64,000 bases of DNA from a virus. Of the stretch, positions 1-9,457 are shown one piece after another. The notes under the pieces are model-generated. The model had not been told where the DNA came from, searched no databases, and worked only from the letters and a program-made list of their open reading frames with translations. The translations under genes were made by a program, and so were the position numbers. Location of the stretch: positions 1 through 64,000 of the IMG/VR virus record IMGVR_UViG_3300037516_001127; one strand, 5' to 3'. The first letter of the stretch is position 1. Every line of letters begins with the position of its first letter.

Positions 1-1
1 C

Positions 2-589
2 TGCTAGCGACTGTCTGGCAACAGAACACCCCTCGGCCTCGTATGAGCCTTCCAGGAGGGAATGCTGAGTAACCTTAGCGGCCTGGGTACAAGCGTTGCC
101 CCTATCGTAAAACTCTCCGGCCTCAGTGATCGTCATAGATGACAGATCATAAACATGGAGTTTGTGATCGCTGTAATCCTGCATCGGATTACCCTGGATC
201 ATCATCCTCGGATCGTATTTGAACATCTTCCCATAAGGTGCGGCCCATCCGGTTCCGATCCAACATTTATTTACACCATAACCTGTTGATACCAGGTATT
301 TGCGATCCGTTAGCTTGGCAAGATTTAGCGGATAGCCATCGACTACACCATTAACTTTAGGTTTAGTGCTTCCCGTAAATATTGATATACCTTTAGACGT
401 ACTATCAGTAGCGGCCAAATGGCCGATCATTAAAGACGATAAAGGGTGCCTAGTTTTTGGGATAGTAGTAAACGCTTTATCATCATCCGGGTGCCAGGGT
501 TTAGCGGGCAACGATGGGGTCGCAGGATAATTCCAACGTTTCCAAACCCAAACATTATTTACAAAAATATCCCACAAACCCATTTTCAT
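2..589 (-). CDS. Hypothetical protein, runs off the left edge; resembles the central domain of the 1935-aa PKD protein
   Basis: Not in the ORF track. Manual translation from ATG at 589 gives an open frame MKMGLWDIFVNNVWVWKRWNYP...YSDHKLHVYDLSSMTITEAGEF...EGCSVARQSLA. It starts 2 nt after the stop of 592..1044. Confidence 0.7.
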   Translation of the reverse strand, partial: MKMGLWDIFVNNVWVWKRWNYPATPSLPAKPWHPDDDKAFTTIPKTRHPLSSLMIGHLAATDSTSKGISIFTGSTKPKVNGVVDGYPLNLAKLTDRKYLVSTGYGVNKCWIGTGWAAPYGKMFKYDPRMMIQGNPMQDYSDHKLHVYDLSSMTITEAGEFYDRGNACTQAAKVTQHSLLEGSYEAEGCSVARQSLA

Positions 590-591
590 GA

Positions 592-1044
592 CTAGCCCTC
601 ATCTTCACCAGATGTGCGACGATCAGGCTTTATGTCGATTCCCATGTTGTCTATAAAATTTTTGAACCTTTTACGTTCTGACTCGGTCGCTGAAAGCAGT
701 TGCATTCCTTTTTCAAGTTCACTAATACGATGATGAATCGGGGTTGCCGTGCCATTAGGTCCCAAATGGTAACGTTCATAGTCACTCATTTTCGCAAGTC
801 GATCCTCGATACACTTATGGTCTAGTGCCATCTGCTCAATAGACCACTCCTGATACTGCACAAGCGCCTCATTATTAGAAGCAATGTCATCCTTGAGTGG
901 TTCTACCCCAACGCTCACTTGTTTAGCTGCCCAACGCCCAGTAACACCTGAGATCTTTTCGACAAGCACAAATAGACCGATGAGAATAGCTACAGTCGAA
1001 GCTAATACTGCTATGGTTTCCGCCGCCTGAAACCCCACGACCAC
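592..1044 (-). CDS. Lysis-cassette membrane protein (N-terminal TM helix plus coiled-coil-like tail)
   Basis: Hydrophobic stretch IAVLASTVAILIGLFVLV; 1-nt overlap with the holin stop; position directly after the holin. Confidence 0.6.
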   Translation of the reverse strand: MVVGFQAAETIAVLASTVAILIGLFVLVEKISGVTGRWAAKQVSVGVEPLKDDIASNNEALVQYQEWSIEQMALDHKCIEDRLAKMSDYERYHLGPNGTATPIHHRISELEKGMQLLSATESERKRFKNFIDNMGIDIKPDRRTSGEDEG

Positions 1045-1223
1045 TACTGTGCTTTGGTCGAAGTATTAGCTGAAGCCAAACCGAAACCCAAAACAGTGGA
1101 AGCCAGTCCAAGCCAAACGGCAATCTGTCGCGAATCCACAACGCCATATGCCACCAGTATTGGTACTACCGCCACCAAAACACGGTAGATATAGGCTCGT
1201 GTTTGCTCATTTTTAAGACTCAT
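1044..1223 (-). CDS. Holin, 59 aa, two TM segments (actinophage type)
   Basis: MSLKNEQTRAYIYRVLVAVVPILVAYGVV...WLGLASTVLG. RBS AAAGGAAA precedes ATG 1223, so the true start is downstream of the track start at 1274. Follows the endolysin. Confidence 0.8.
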   Translation of the reverse strand: MSLKNEQTRAYIYRVLVAVVPILVAYGVVDSRQIAVWLGLASTVLGFGLASANTSTKAQ

Positions 1224-1252
1224 TTTGTTTCCTTTGCTCGTGAAATATGAGG

Positions 1253-2143
1253 TCATCGTGTTAGCCAAAACCACGTTGCTGGGCCGATGATTCCATCAAC
1301 CTTCATCTGAGAGTCCTTCAGTTTGAAGAACTGTTTTACATTCCGTTGGAAGATACGAGTAGCAGCCGCAGAAGCCGGACCAAAGTCTCCATCGACCTTC
1401 AAGTCGGCACCCCCAAGCTTGTTGTTCAGCAGTGCCTGAGCCCACCTCGCAGCGTCGCCCTTGGAGCCCTGTTTTACGATCTGCTTTGAGGCCGCCGCTA
1501 TGCCTGCAGCGATTGCAGCAAAATCGACACCTCCGGCCACTGGTGCAGGCTCTGGTGCAGGCTCTGGGACAGGCGCTGGGACAGGCGCTGGCGCTTGCCC
1601 TTCATGCCATTGGCGGCAGAACTCGGAAGTAAGCATCCGCATGTCTCCACCCGAAACTGTGTGCATATCAATTTTACGGGTTGTATATTCTTTATGCATA
1701 CAACACGCAGGGATTCGACCAGTATCATAACCAATCAATGCCGCCGTCACCTTAGCGACCACAAACAATTGGTCCAATCGCCACGGTTCAGTAGAATCGT
1801 AACCCGTATTTTCTACTTCAATACCATACATTGTACTATTACCCCTGTTCGTAACACCCTGCCATCCCCCAGTACCAGCATGATTAGCTTTACCGGCTGC
1901 GATCACAATACAAATATTCGAACGTGTAATCAGAACATTACATAAAGGGCCAGCGAGATCAGCGCGACCATTAGTCACAATCCCCAGCGAAGGGGCATCT
2001 TTGCCAAGACCAGAAGCGGTATGATGCCACATGACCCCGTTTGGGTTGAAGCCGTCTGATTTACCACGGGTTTGCCAACCTGGTTGTTCTTCAACAACAA
2101 GACCAGCCGCTCTTAGCCTATCCGCTATGCCTGTATCTCTCAT
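1253..2143 (-). CDS. Endolysin: N-acetylmuramoyl-L-alanine amidase (Amidase_2), Pro/Ala linker, peptidoglycan-binding domain
   Basis: Zn-amidase motifs WHHTA, GIEVEN, HKEY..RKID; PAPVPAPVPEPAP linker; PG_binding_1-like VDGDFGPAS...FQ...VDGIIGPATW. Confidence 0.9.
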   Translation of the reverse strand: MRDTGIADRLRAAGLVVEEQPGWQTRGKSDGFNPNGVMWHHTASGLGKDAPSLGIVTNGRADLAGPLCNVLITRSNICIVIAAGKANHAGTGGWQGVTNRGNSTMYGIEVENTGYDSTEPWRLDQLFVVAKVTAALIGYDTGRIPACCMHKEYTTRKIDMHTVSGGDMRMLTSEFCRQWHEGQAPAPVPAPVPEPAPEPAPVAGGVDFAAIAAGIAAASKQIVKQGSKGDAARWAQALLNNKLGGADLKVDGDFGPASAAATRIFQRNVKQFFKLKDSQMKVDGIIGPATWFWLTR

Positions 2144-2145
2144 AG

Positions 2146-2367
2146 TTAGCCTTCTCCTTGCAGTGTGAGTATTGCAGCGTCCAGGCCTTCAGTTATAGCC
2201 AACTTTACAGCATTAATTGTCGTAGCTTCAGCTAGTCTTGAACTAATCTCGTCATGCATAGCCTGAGCTGCAACAACTTGCGGTGACGGTAAGTCTGGTT
2301 GAACAGGTACACCGTCATCAATTCGGCTTATCACATTACCTTGCCCGTCTGATGTTTCAATAATCAT
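2146..2367 (-). CDS. Small hypothetical protein, possible fibre-assembly chaperone
   Basis: 73-aa ORF tightly packed downstream of the collagen fibre gene. Confidence 0.5.
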   Translation of the reverse strand: MIIETSDGQGNVISRIDDGVPVQPDLPSPQVVAAQAMHDEISSRLAEATTINAVKLAITEGLDAAILTLQGEG

Positions 2368-2370
2368 CGG

Positions 2371-5300
2371 TTAAGCCTTCCTCATGTAGATCACATATGC
2401 GCCCGTAGTATTAGCAGTGCCCGGAGTAGCAGTTGCCGGTAGCGTGCCACTAACAGAACCTTCGAACTTTACGCCAGTAGTGATGTTGTTAATGTCTGGA
2501 ACTGCGAATGCTGGCGGCGCAGTCCTGAATACAGGCAACAGTGAAGTTATTTGTGGGACAGCAGCCAAATAATAAAGACCCGGAGTTAGAGTCTGATTGA
2601 TTATTACTGGCTTTAAAGCAGCGCCTGTAGTAATGTCGACTGTTCCGGCATCAAGCAATCGGGCTGCTGGCAAACCGGAAATGGAACTATAAATACCTAG
2701 CCTTACCACTGAACCGGCACCGCCAACAACAGATGTGTGGTCTATGGCTATTCGGTCGAAGGTTGTTGTTGTTGTGACAAGAAATGGCACATAGTACAAG
2801 CGGTTATTTACACCTGCGCTGTGTGCAGTGTTTGCCGTTGTGATTGAACTACTAGCCGTGTATTGGCCTGATACCAGTATGGGAATACCAGTGATTGCAT
2901 CTAGCTTGGTTTTATCCGCAGCGCTCATCGAGCCAGGGAGCTGCGTGGTAGCGGCGTCAATAGTTAATTCGGGGGTAAATCCGCTTGTTCTTGAAAGCGG
3001 TGCCGTAGCCGTAATAGCCGTTATAAACGAACCCCTAGACCCATCAGCAAGCGCATACTGGGTATGGTCATCATCAGCCAACCCTGCCAACAGCCCGTGA
3101 TCGTTGACAGTGACCGCTGCACCCGTAGAGAGTCCCTGCCGAATATCCGTGACTTCACGCAACCGAGCATTCGGAGCATTGGCATAAGTCGAGGATGTTT
3201 GGAAAGCTAGTTTCCAGAGTGGTCGGATCTCCACAATTGGAAGATTCGTTAGGATCATATCCTCCCACCCGACATCCCTTGTGGCCGGTAAAGATGCGTA
3301 AGATGCCTGACCAAGGATGCCAATAATCGGATAATTCAAATTGTTTGTGGCAACAATCCAAGTCAAACCCCAATCCGATTGCGAAACATCACTCAGAGCC
3401 CAAACCCCGCCACCATTTATAGAGTTGTAAGCCATACGCAGAGTCCCAGGTTTCAAAGCATAAGTATTTGGAGCGTCCATCTGCCAAGCTGACCCAACCA
3501 TGTAAAACATTGGGATCTCTGCCGGGAAATCAAGAACCTGTTCCCAAGTATTTGCAGTAGGAGTAGCGCTACTCGTGACCGCTACTTCCAGATCCTCATC
3601 GAAGAACGTGCCGCCACCTAGAGCAACCTGCGCATGACTATCAAGCGTGCCATTACCATCAAGGACGTAGCCAGACAAGGAGAAACCACTAGCCAGAGCA
3701 GCGCCACGCGTGCGGTGCAAATATTCGTGGGTTGCCCAATCAAGCGTTACACCGTGGCGCTCATCAGGGAAGAACTCAGCTTTTTGCGTTGTCTGGTTCC
3801 AATAAATATATGAAACAGGTGCTTGGGATTCCCAGACAAAATAACTTGTTTGGTAGCCGAACTCGCCGTCAAAGAAGATGTAATACAACCCGGTTGTGTC
3901 TGGGATTGTCAGTGTTTGCACGGTACTGATCGTGTATTCGGTACCTGAAGCCCAGACTGTAAACGATGCGCCCGTTGGGGTAATCGTAAACTCGCGTGAT
4001 GCGTTATCAAAAGCAATAGTTGAGGTGCTTCTTGAAGGGAACCCATGAGGCTCACCTGTAGCCGCTGTAAGTGCGGTGATATCTGCGTTTGAGCCGGGAG
4101 GACCGATTTCGCCTTCAGCGGCAATCAAAGTCCAAAAAGTACCCTCTGCTGGGGTATTCCCGACAGTGCCACCATTAGCGTCAATGCGGTACCATGTTTC
4201 GCCTAGATAGGTTGCGACGTCGCCAATAGCGTATGCCGTTCCGCCGCCGTATGCGCCAGTAAAGTTCCAAAGAGCAGGAGTTCCGGGGTCGCCTTGAGCA
4301 CCCGGATCACCCTGAGCACCAGGATCACCCTGTGGACCCGGATCGCCCTGAGCACCAGGATCACCCTGTGGACCCGGATCACCCTGAGGACCCGCAACAT
4401 TGATTGAGAACGTAACTAGTTCAGCATTAGTGAAGGAGCCGTAACCCATGTTGCTAGGGTTAACGTTGAAGATAACGTAACTGCCGCTTTCTGTTTCGAC
4501 AGTACCGCCAACGCATGAAACAATTTCCCAGCTTGCATATGTCGAAGGGTCAGATTGACTCGTGACCAGTAAATAACCACCCTGAATACTCAAAAATAGT
4601 TCGTGTAGAGTCGTGTTTATCCCATATGGGTTGTCGTCTACAACTATCTGAGTTGCGCTTGAATACGGCACCGTAACGAAACCGATGTGGTCGTTGCCTG
4701 GGTCTCGGTCACCAGCGTCAAGAGTGTTGATTGTGTAAGTCCAAGACAATCCACCTGGAGCACCTTGAGCTCCTGGGTCACCTTGAGCTCCAGGATCACC
4801 TTGAGCTCCGGGATCTCCTGGGTCACCTTGAGCGCCAGGATCGCCTTGAGCTCCAGGATCGCCCTGAGCGCCGACTAATGACGCTAACCACGCAGCCTCA
4901 TTGCCAACGAACCCCTCTTCGACAGCAATTTCATATGCTGACAAGCCAGAAGTTCCCGTAAGATCAAAAGCGTCGATAGCAGCGAAAGCTTCTTCAGCAG
5001 TACCAACATAAAATCCGGCGTTTTCATAACTGAGCGTACCTGTGAATCCGGTATAAGTTCCAATCTGAACTTCGGCACCAGTCAGCGAATGGGGTATAAA
5101 ACTAGTAGCAGCTGCAAGCGGGTCAATAAACCCACCGAGACCAGCACCTTCATTAAAGCCAACCCACAAAGCTGGGGTAAATAAGCCAGCACCACCGCAG
5201 CCAACTGAAACTACTTGACCACCGAGAACTTCAACAGGTTCAAAATCAACGTCATGGACAAGAGCGTAAACGGTTGGCATTTCATCGCCGACAAGCATCA

Positions 5301-5667
5301 ATAAAACATGCTGGTTGGGATCTGCTTCCCACAGTTCAGAGTTCACATACGACTGTGTAATCGTCCAGCGTGCTGGGCAATCGTAGACAGCCCACTCAGA
5401 GTCTTCTGCCAGTATCGCCGGAGCCGAGGGCAAGTACTGCATCAAATATATGACATCACCGGGTTCTGGAGTCAAGGAAGGGGTCATCAGGACAACAGCA
5501 GCAGCGAATGAACCTGTCCCATCAGCACCATCAGCACCAGGGGGCCCATCAGCGCCCGGCAAACCCACACGCGTAACCTCAACCTCAAACTGAGGCTCCT
5601 CCCAAACCTCAACAATATTAGGCAAAGGAACTATAACTTCAGAACGAAGCGACTCATCACCACTCAT
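2371..5667 (-). CDS. Collagen-like tail fibre protein
   Basis: Two (GAQGDP)n Gly-X-Y blocks; CBM5/12-like motif YAIGDVATYLGETWY; SAYEIAVEEGFVGNEAAWLASL fibre motif; lies in the tail module. Confidence 0.8.
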   Translation of the reverse strand: MSGDESLRSEVIVPLPNIVEVWEEPQFEVEVTRVGLPGADGPPGADGADGTGSFAAAVVLMTPSLTPEPGDVIYLMQYLPSAPAILAEDSEWAVYDCPARWTITQSYVNSELWEADPNQHVLLMLVGDEMPTVYALVHDVDFEPVEVLGGQVVSVGCGGAGLFTPALWVGFNEGAGLGGFIDPLAAATSFIPHSLTGAEVQIGTYTGFTGTLSYENAGFYVGTAEEAFAAIDAFDLTGTSGLSAYEIAVEEGFVGNEAAWLASLVGAQGDPGAQGDPGAQGDPGDPGAQGDPGAQGDPGAQGAPGGLSWTYTINTLDAGDRDPGNDHIGFVTVPYSSATQIVVDDNPYGINTTLHELFLSIQGGYLLVTSQSDPSTYASWEIVSCVGGTVETESGSYVIFNVNPSNMGYGSFTNAELVTFSINVAGPQGDPGPQGDPGAQGDPGPQGDPGAQGDPGAQGDPGTPALWNFTGAYGGGTAYAIGDVATYLGETWYRIDANGGTVGNTPAEGTFWTLIAAEGEIGPPGSNADITALTAATGEPHGFPSRSTSTIAFDNASREFTITPTGASFTVWASGTEYTISTVQTLTIPDTTGLYYIFFDGEFGYQTSYFVWESQAPVSYIYWNQTTQKAEFFPDERHGVTLDWATHEYLHRTRGAALASGFSLSGYVLDGNGTLDSHAQVALGGGTFFDEDLEVAVTSSATPTANTWEQVLDFPAEIPMFYMVGSAWQMDAPNTYALKPGTLRMAYNSINGGGVWALSDVSQSDWGLTWIVATNNLNYPIIGILGQASYASLPATRDVGWEDMILTNLPIVEIRPLWKLAFQTSSTYANAPNARLREVTDIRQGLSTGAAVTVNDHGLLAGLADDDHTQYALADGSRGSFITAITATAPLSRTSGFTPELTIDAATTQLPGSMSAADKTKLDAITGIPILVSGQYTASSSITTANTAHSAGVNNRLYYVPFLVTTTTTFDRIAIDHTSVVGGAGSVVRLGIYSSISGLPAARLLDAGTVDITTGAALKPVIINQTLTPGLYYLAAVPQITSLLPVFRTAPPAFAVPDINNITTGVKFEGSVSGTLPATATPGTANTTGAYVIYMRKA
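4285..4392 (-). repeat. Collagen Gly-X-Y tandem repeat, block 2 (18-nt unit, GPQGDP/GAQGDP)
   Basis: Visible repeats ggatcaccctgagcacc / ggatcaccctgtggacc. Confidence 0.9.
4755..4872 (-). repeat. Collagen Gly-X-Y tandem repeat, block 1 (GAQGDP)
   Basis: Repeated accttgagctcc(a/t)gg units. Confidence 0.9.
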
Positions 5668-6026
5668 ACGTCTGCCTCAACGCGAGTAACAGAAGGCTTA
5701 AACCTAAAAACACCCTTGATGACCTTATCGGCCTCACCGTCAGGAGGATAAAGAAAAAGGTCATAAACCCCATCAGTGGTAATACCCACACCATCCTCAA
5801 CCGAAATAGTTAAATCAATCCAACCCTCTTCAGACAAAACGATACAACCATTCTCAGTAGTCATATCAATCAAAAACTGGGAAGCCTCAATCAAAGAACG
5901 AACACTCATACGCGCCGTCCAATCATTCCCAAAAACCACATCCGTGCCATCAGAATTACGATACCGGACACGACGAGACCAATACTCGCCTTCCTCGTAA
6001 TCAAAATTGTGTACACCAGCAGCCAC
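5664..6026 (-). CDS. Small beta-sandwich virion protein (BppU-N/LtfC-like fibre adaptor)
   Basis: Pattern TARMSVR...LTIS...GVYDLFL...KVIKGVF is typical of this phage Ig-like adaptor family; overlaps the fibre start codon. Confidence 0.55.
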   Translation of the reverse strand: MAAGVHNFDYEEGEYWSRRVRYRNSDGTDVVFGNDWTARMSVRSLIEASQFLIDMTTENGCIVLSEEGWIDLTISVEDGVGITTDGVYDLFLYPPDGEADKVIKGVFRFKPSVTRVEADV

Positions 6027-6074
6027 AGAAACTCTTTCAACCAGTAAACGCCAACCCCTATATTAGGTGCCCAC

Positions 6075-6140
6075 TACAACTTGCGGCGCAGCAAATAACA
6101 CTTATAATACAACTTGCGGCGCAGCAAATAACACTTATAA
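6075..6140. repeat. Perfect 33-bp tandem duplication containing the palindrome TTGC-N-GCGC-N-GCAA
   Basis: tacaacttgcggcgcagcaaataacacttataa at 6075-6107 and 6108-6140; intergenic. Confidence 0.95.
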
Positions 6141-6143
6141 AAG

Positions 6144-6338
6144 CTACTCAGCCGAATACCACTCAACGATTCTTTCCTGAGCCATCTCAAACATCCCAAG
6201 AGCAGTCCACGGCGTCAAAGACTCCGAAGAAACAACCTGCAAGTTTATACCATCTTCGCTAACAATCTCAGCGATAATGATGTAGTTGGAAACAATAGAA
6301 TTTGGGAGGTTCTCATTGATGATTCCCTCGATGTCCAT
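6144..6338 (-). CDS. Hypothetical protein, 64 aa
   Basis: RBS AAGGAGA upstream; acidic, protein-like composition. Confidence 0.65.
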   Translation of the reverse strand: MDIEGIINENLPNSIVSNYIIIAEIVSEDGINLQVVSSESLTPWTALGMFEMAQERIVEWYSAE

Positions 6339-6353
6339 TTTTGTCTCCTTTGA

Positions 6354-7514
6354 TCATGTTTTGATTATGTAATTCAGGTGGATGAATGGTGGTCGGATAT
6401 CTATTGGTGTACTGGTACCGGTGCTGTTGTTTCCTGATGGACCATAATACGGGTCCACATCAAAAGCATGGGCGTGAAGCCCTGCCGTTTCAGTAATATA
6501 AGGGGCCGCTCCAACAGAGCTAAGGAGCCCGAGCCCATAACTATTTTCACCTGAGCCAAGTCCGCCAATGCTCTTTACCGCATGCTGATGACTACCGTCA
6601 TTATATGTAGCCTGTTGACCGTGATTGTGATCAATAGGATGCTGATGCCACGGCAAATTTGCTGCGACAAGCGTCCTCGTATCAGTCCCACCCCTAACAT
6701 TAAGAGACTTAGCACCCGGCTCAGCATCATTAACACCACAAACAAAAACACCACGCAAATCAGGCAACGTAAACGTATCAATAGAAACAGAACCATACCA
6801 AGTACCAAGAACAGCAAACAACGAAGCATACTCAGCCCGAGAAACGGAAGCCCCATGAGCAGGCAACCAACCCGTAGGAACATTCGCTATCTGCCCAGCA
6901 AAAGGAATAACCGAACCGACAGGCATCCTCTCCGATGGAGCAATTTTTCCTCTTGTCACAGCATCATTAACAAGCTTCGGAGTAGTAATAATACCGTCAA
7001 CAAGTTTAGCAGTCGCGTTTATCGCCCCATCCTGGATATGGGTAGCAGCAACAGAACCAGTACCCAAAACATGAACATGGTCTACCCGTGCAAAACTAAC
7101 AGCAGATCCAGCTGTCGCAACAGTTTTGATTGTTTGCAATTCGTTTGTTGCCCCCCACGGTGGAGTCTCATGAACATGGTCCGCTCTCGCAGAATAGACG
7201 CTCGCCCCCTCAGATTGGGCTTGACCTGGGAAAACCTGTTCAGGCGCATCAAAATCGTTAATTGAAAACCATCTTGTACCATCGCAATAATACAAAACCA
7301 AAACATTATCAGTATTGCTTGTATCCGAAGCTAGGTAAAATGTCCGAATCGTCTTATCTCCGGCTTCTGGCCTATCCCCAATCGGTCCAGACAAAAATTT
7401 TGCTGCCAATGATTCAAGCCGCTGATGAGACTGATTCATCTGATCGCGCGTAAACGGATCAGTACCAAAAGGCCAAGTATAAATTCCGAAACGTGGTGTC
7501 TCTACTGCTGCCAT
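6354..7514 (-). CDS. Tail fibre protein with tail-collar domain
   Basis: Collar motif PVGSVIPFAG...PTGWL..HG..VSR.EY.SLF.VLG..YG...FTLPDLRG; HxH repeats; C-terminal LNYIIKT. Confidence 0.85.
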   Translation of the reverse strand: MAAVETPRFGIYTWPFGTDPFTRDQMNQSHQRLESLAAKFLSGPIGDRPEAGDKTIRTFYLASDTSNTDNVLVLYYCDGTRWFSINDFDAPEQVFPGQAQSEGASVYSARADHVHETPPWGATNELQTIKTVATAGSAVSFARVDHVHVLGTGSVAATHIQDGAINATAKLVDGIITTPKLVNDAVTRGKIAPSERMPVGSVIPFAGQIANVPTGWLPAHGASVSRAEYASLFAVLGTWYGSVSIDTFTLPDLRGVFVCGVNDAEPGAKSLNVRGGTDTRTLVAANLPWHQHPIDHNHGQQATYNDGSHQHAVKSIGGLGSGENSYGLGLLSSVGAAPYITETAGLHAHAFDVDPYYGPSGNNSTGTSTPIDIRPPFIHLNYIIKT

Positions 7515-9403
7515 CAGATCTCCAATGCCGTTATCCGCTGCGCTAGCTCATCTAAAGCTGCAGCTACTTCATCTGGTGGACTAACCCAATCTGCTGGGAC
7601 AGTAGGCGCATACGGAACTTCTGGGGCATGCTCAGTTAGTATTGAAGCACCACTGGTGCCAGCAAGAACAACAATCTCACCAGGAACAATCTCTAGTGTT
7701 GAATCAACACGACTAGCACCAACAACGATTCGTTTCTCGTCGACTAGGACAAGTTCAGTCTGATCGGTCAAATATCCGGCTGAAGCTCCAAGAGTCCAAA
7801 TCCCGTTAGCGCTAGCAGCAGACTGATTAGGCAAATAAATGGTTATGTCATTAGGGTTAGTTGTAGGCCAGGAGTAAAGACTGATTTCTTCAGTAGCGAT
7901 ACAATCAACCGAAAGGGTTAAAGGAACAAAGGAACTATCAGTTAGTATCGAAGCACCATCGGTTCCAGCAAGAACAACAATCTCACCAGGAACAATTTCC
8001 AGAGTTGAATCAACACGACTAGCACCAACAACAATTCGCTTCTCATCAACTAGGACAAGTTCAGTCTGATCGGTCAAAGCCACTGCCGAAGCCGCAAGAG
8101 TCCAAATTCCGTTAGCGCTAGCAGCAGACTGGCTAGGCAAATAAACAGTTGCTGAGGCAGCGTTATCGCCCGGCCAACCATAAATAGTTACCTCTTCAGT
8201 AGCAATACAATCAACCGAAAAAGTTACAGGCAAAAGAGAACGGCTTCTCTGAACAGCCGAATCGTCAACAACTATATTAGTAGCAGTGACAACAGCTAAC
8301 CCTAAAAGGACTTCATCATCCGCAGGCAGCCAATCCGTCATACCAGAAGGAAGCCCACCAGAAGGTTGAACCACGCTAACAACACCAGCATCATTCACAA
8401 CAACAGCATCAACACGCCTAGAAATACCAATAGGGAACGTCGACTCAGCAGCATCTAAAGAAAAGCTTGCTGCTTCAAAAGAAACATTTGAACCAAGTAT
8501 GTTTACCACACCAGCGTCAACGTCAAGATCCAAACCGATAGTAGAATAAACGGCTCCACCGTCGACAACACTATTAAGACTTAACGATTGGGCTTTAATC
8601 AGATTCAAAGATAGTTCTACCTGAGTTAAAGAATGATCTAAAGTCTGCTGAGAAAGATGGTACTCGTTAGCTTCAGCTGAATGAGGGTCACTCCAAACAC
8701 CTACAGAAGTTTGGATCAATTCGCCAGCAGTCAGATGCAAAAGGTAGTTAAGGTTATCGACATTCTGGCCTGGGGTTGTCAGATCAAAAGCCTGATCCCA
8801 GGTTATAGGGAAATTCAAATAAGCAGATTCAACATCATCGACAAACTGGGCGTTAGGCAAAATGATTACACGATCATTGATTTCTGGTTGAATATCAAGT
8901 TTCGATACACTCAAATCTGGTTCTACCACATACAAGCCAGGCTGATTAATCGCAGGGCTAGCATCTACATCACCCATAGAATTCGCGATTAAAAGAAGTT
9001 CTCCAATCTCGGGAACATATTCTAAAGCGCTCACATAAGGTGTTCCATATACACTCGTAGAAACAAAGCCAACTACAAAAGTTGCTGAACTTTCCTTCGA
9101 CAAATTCGTGTAAACATAATCAAAAATCTCTTGCCCAGTATCATAAGGCGCACCCGTATAAGTATTGTCATAGACCACAGCAGAAGCAGCCATGGTACTA
9201 GTGTCATAAACTAAAGCCTGAACAAGATTAGGTCGGGTAGCAATAACAGCATCAAGCTGGCTAACAACCTCTTTAAGGCCAGCAGCTAGCGCATTATGGT
9301 GGTTGTGATGATCAAACGTCGGATCACCATTACCTTCACGCTCAGTCTCGTCAGTGATCGTCGAAGGAAGGCCTAACGGATCGGGTTTATTTGTCCACGG
9401 CAT
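7514..9403 (-). CDS. Virion structural/fibre protein with a ~100-aa internal duplication
   Basis: Two copies of SVDCIATEE...QSAASANGIWTL...LTDQTELVLVDEKRIVVGASRVDSTLEIVPGEIVVLAGT; RBS GGAGG. Confidence 0.65.
   Translation of the reverse strand: MPWTNKPDPLGLPSTITDETEREGNGDPTFDHHNHHNALAAGLKEVVSQLDAVIATRPNLVQALVYDTSTMAASAVVYDNTYTGAPYDTGQEIFDYVYTNLSKESSATFVVGFVSTSVYGTPYVSALEYVPEIGELLLIANSMGDVDASPAINQPGLYVVEPDLSVSKLDIQPEINDRVIILPNAQFVDDVESAYLNFPITWDQAFDLTTPGQNVDNLNYLLHLTAGELIQTSVGVWSDPHSAEANEYHLSQQTLDHSLTQVELSLNLIKAQSLSLNSVVDGGAVYSTIGLDLDVDAGVVNILGSNVSFEAASFSLDAAESTFPIGISRRVDAVVVNDAGVVSVVQPSGGLPSGMTDWLPADDEVLLGLAVVTATNIVVDDSAVQRSRSLLPVTFSVDCIATEEVTIYGWPGDNAASATVYLPSQSAASANGIWTLAASAVALTDQTELVLVDEKRIVVGASRVDSTLEIVPGEIVVLAGTDGASILTDSSFVPLTLSVDCIATEEISLYSWPTTNPNDITIYLPNQSAASANGIWTLGASAGYLTDQTELVLVDEKRIVVGASRVDSTLEIVPGEIVVLAGTSGASILTEHAPEVPYAPTVPADWVSPPDEVAAALDELAQRITALEI
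7635..8220 (-). repeat. ~300-nt intragenic tandem duplication
   Basis: Near-identical blocks at about 7635-7915 and 7935-8220. Confidence 0.9.
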
Positions 9404-9457
9404 ACAACAATCCTCCAGTGGTCATTCTACGCTACTTGAGACCACTCATAGTCTCAA

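Noticed and set aside
923-1147. Overlapping ORF as an embedded spanin
   Set aside because: No lipobox or RBS, and an actinobacterial host would not need a canonical spanin.
6075-6140. Possible CRISPR mini-array
   Set aside because: Two repeats abut with no spacer, and no cas genes are present.
7635-8220. Possible DGR template/variable repeat pair
   Set aside because: Both copies are in-frame in one gene, differences are not confined to adenines, and no reverse transcriptase is visible.
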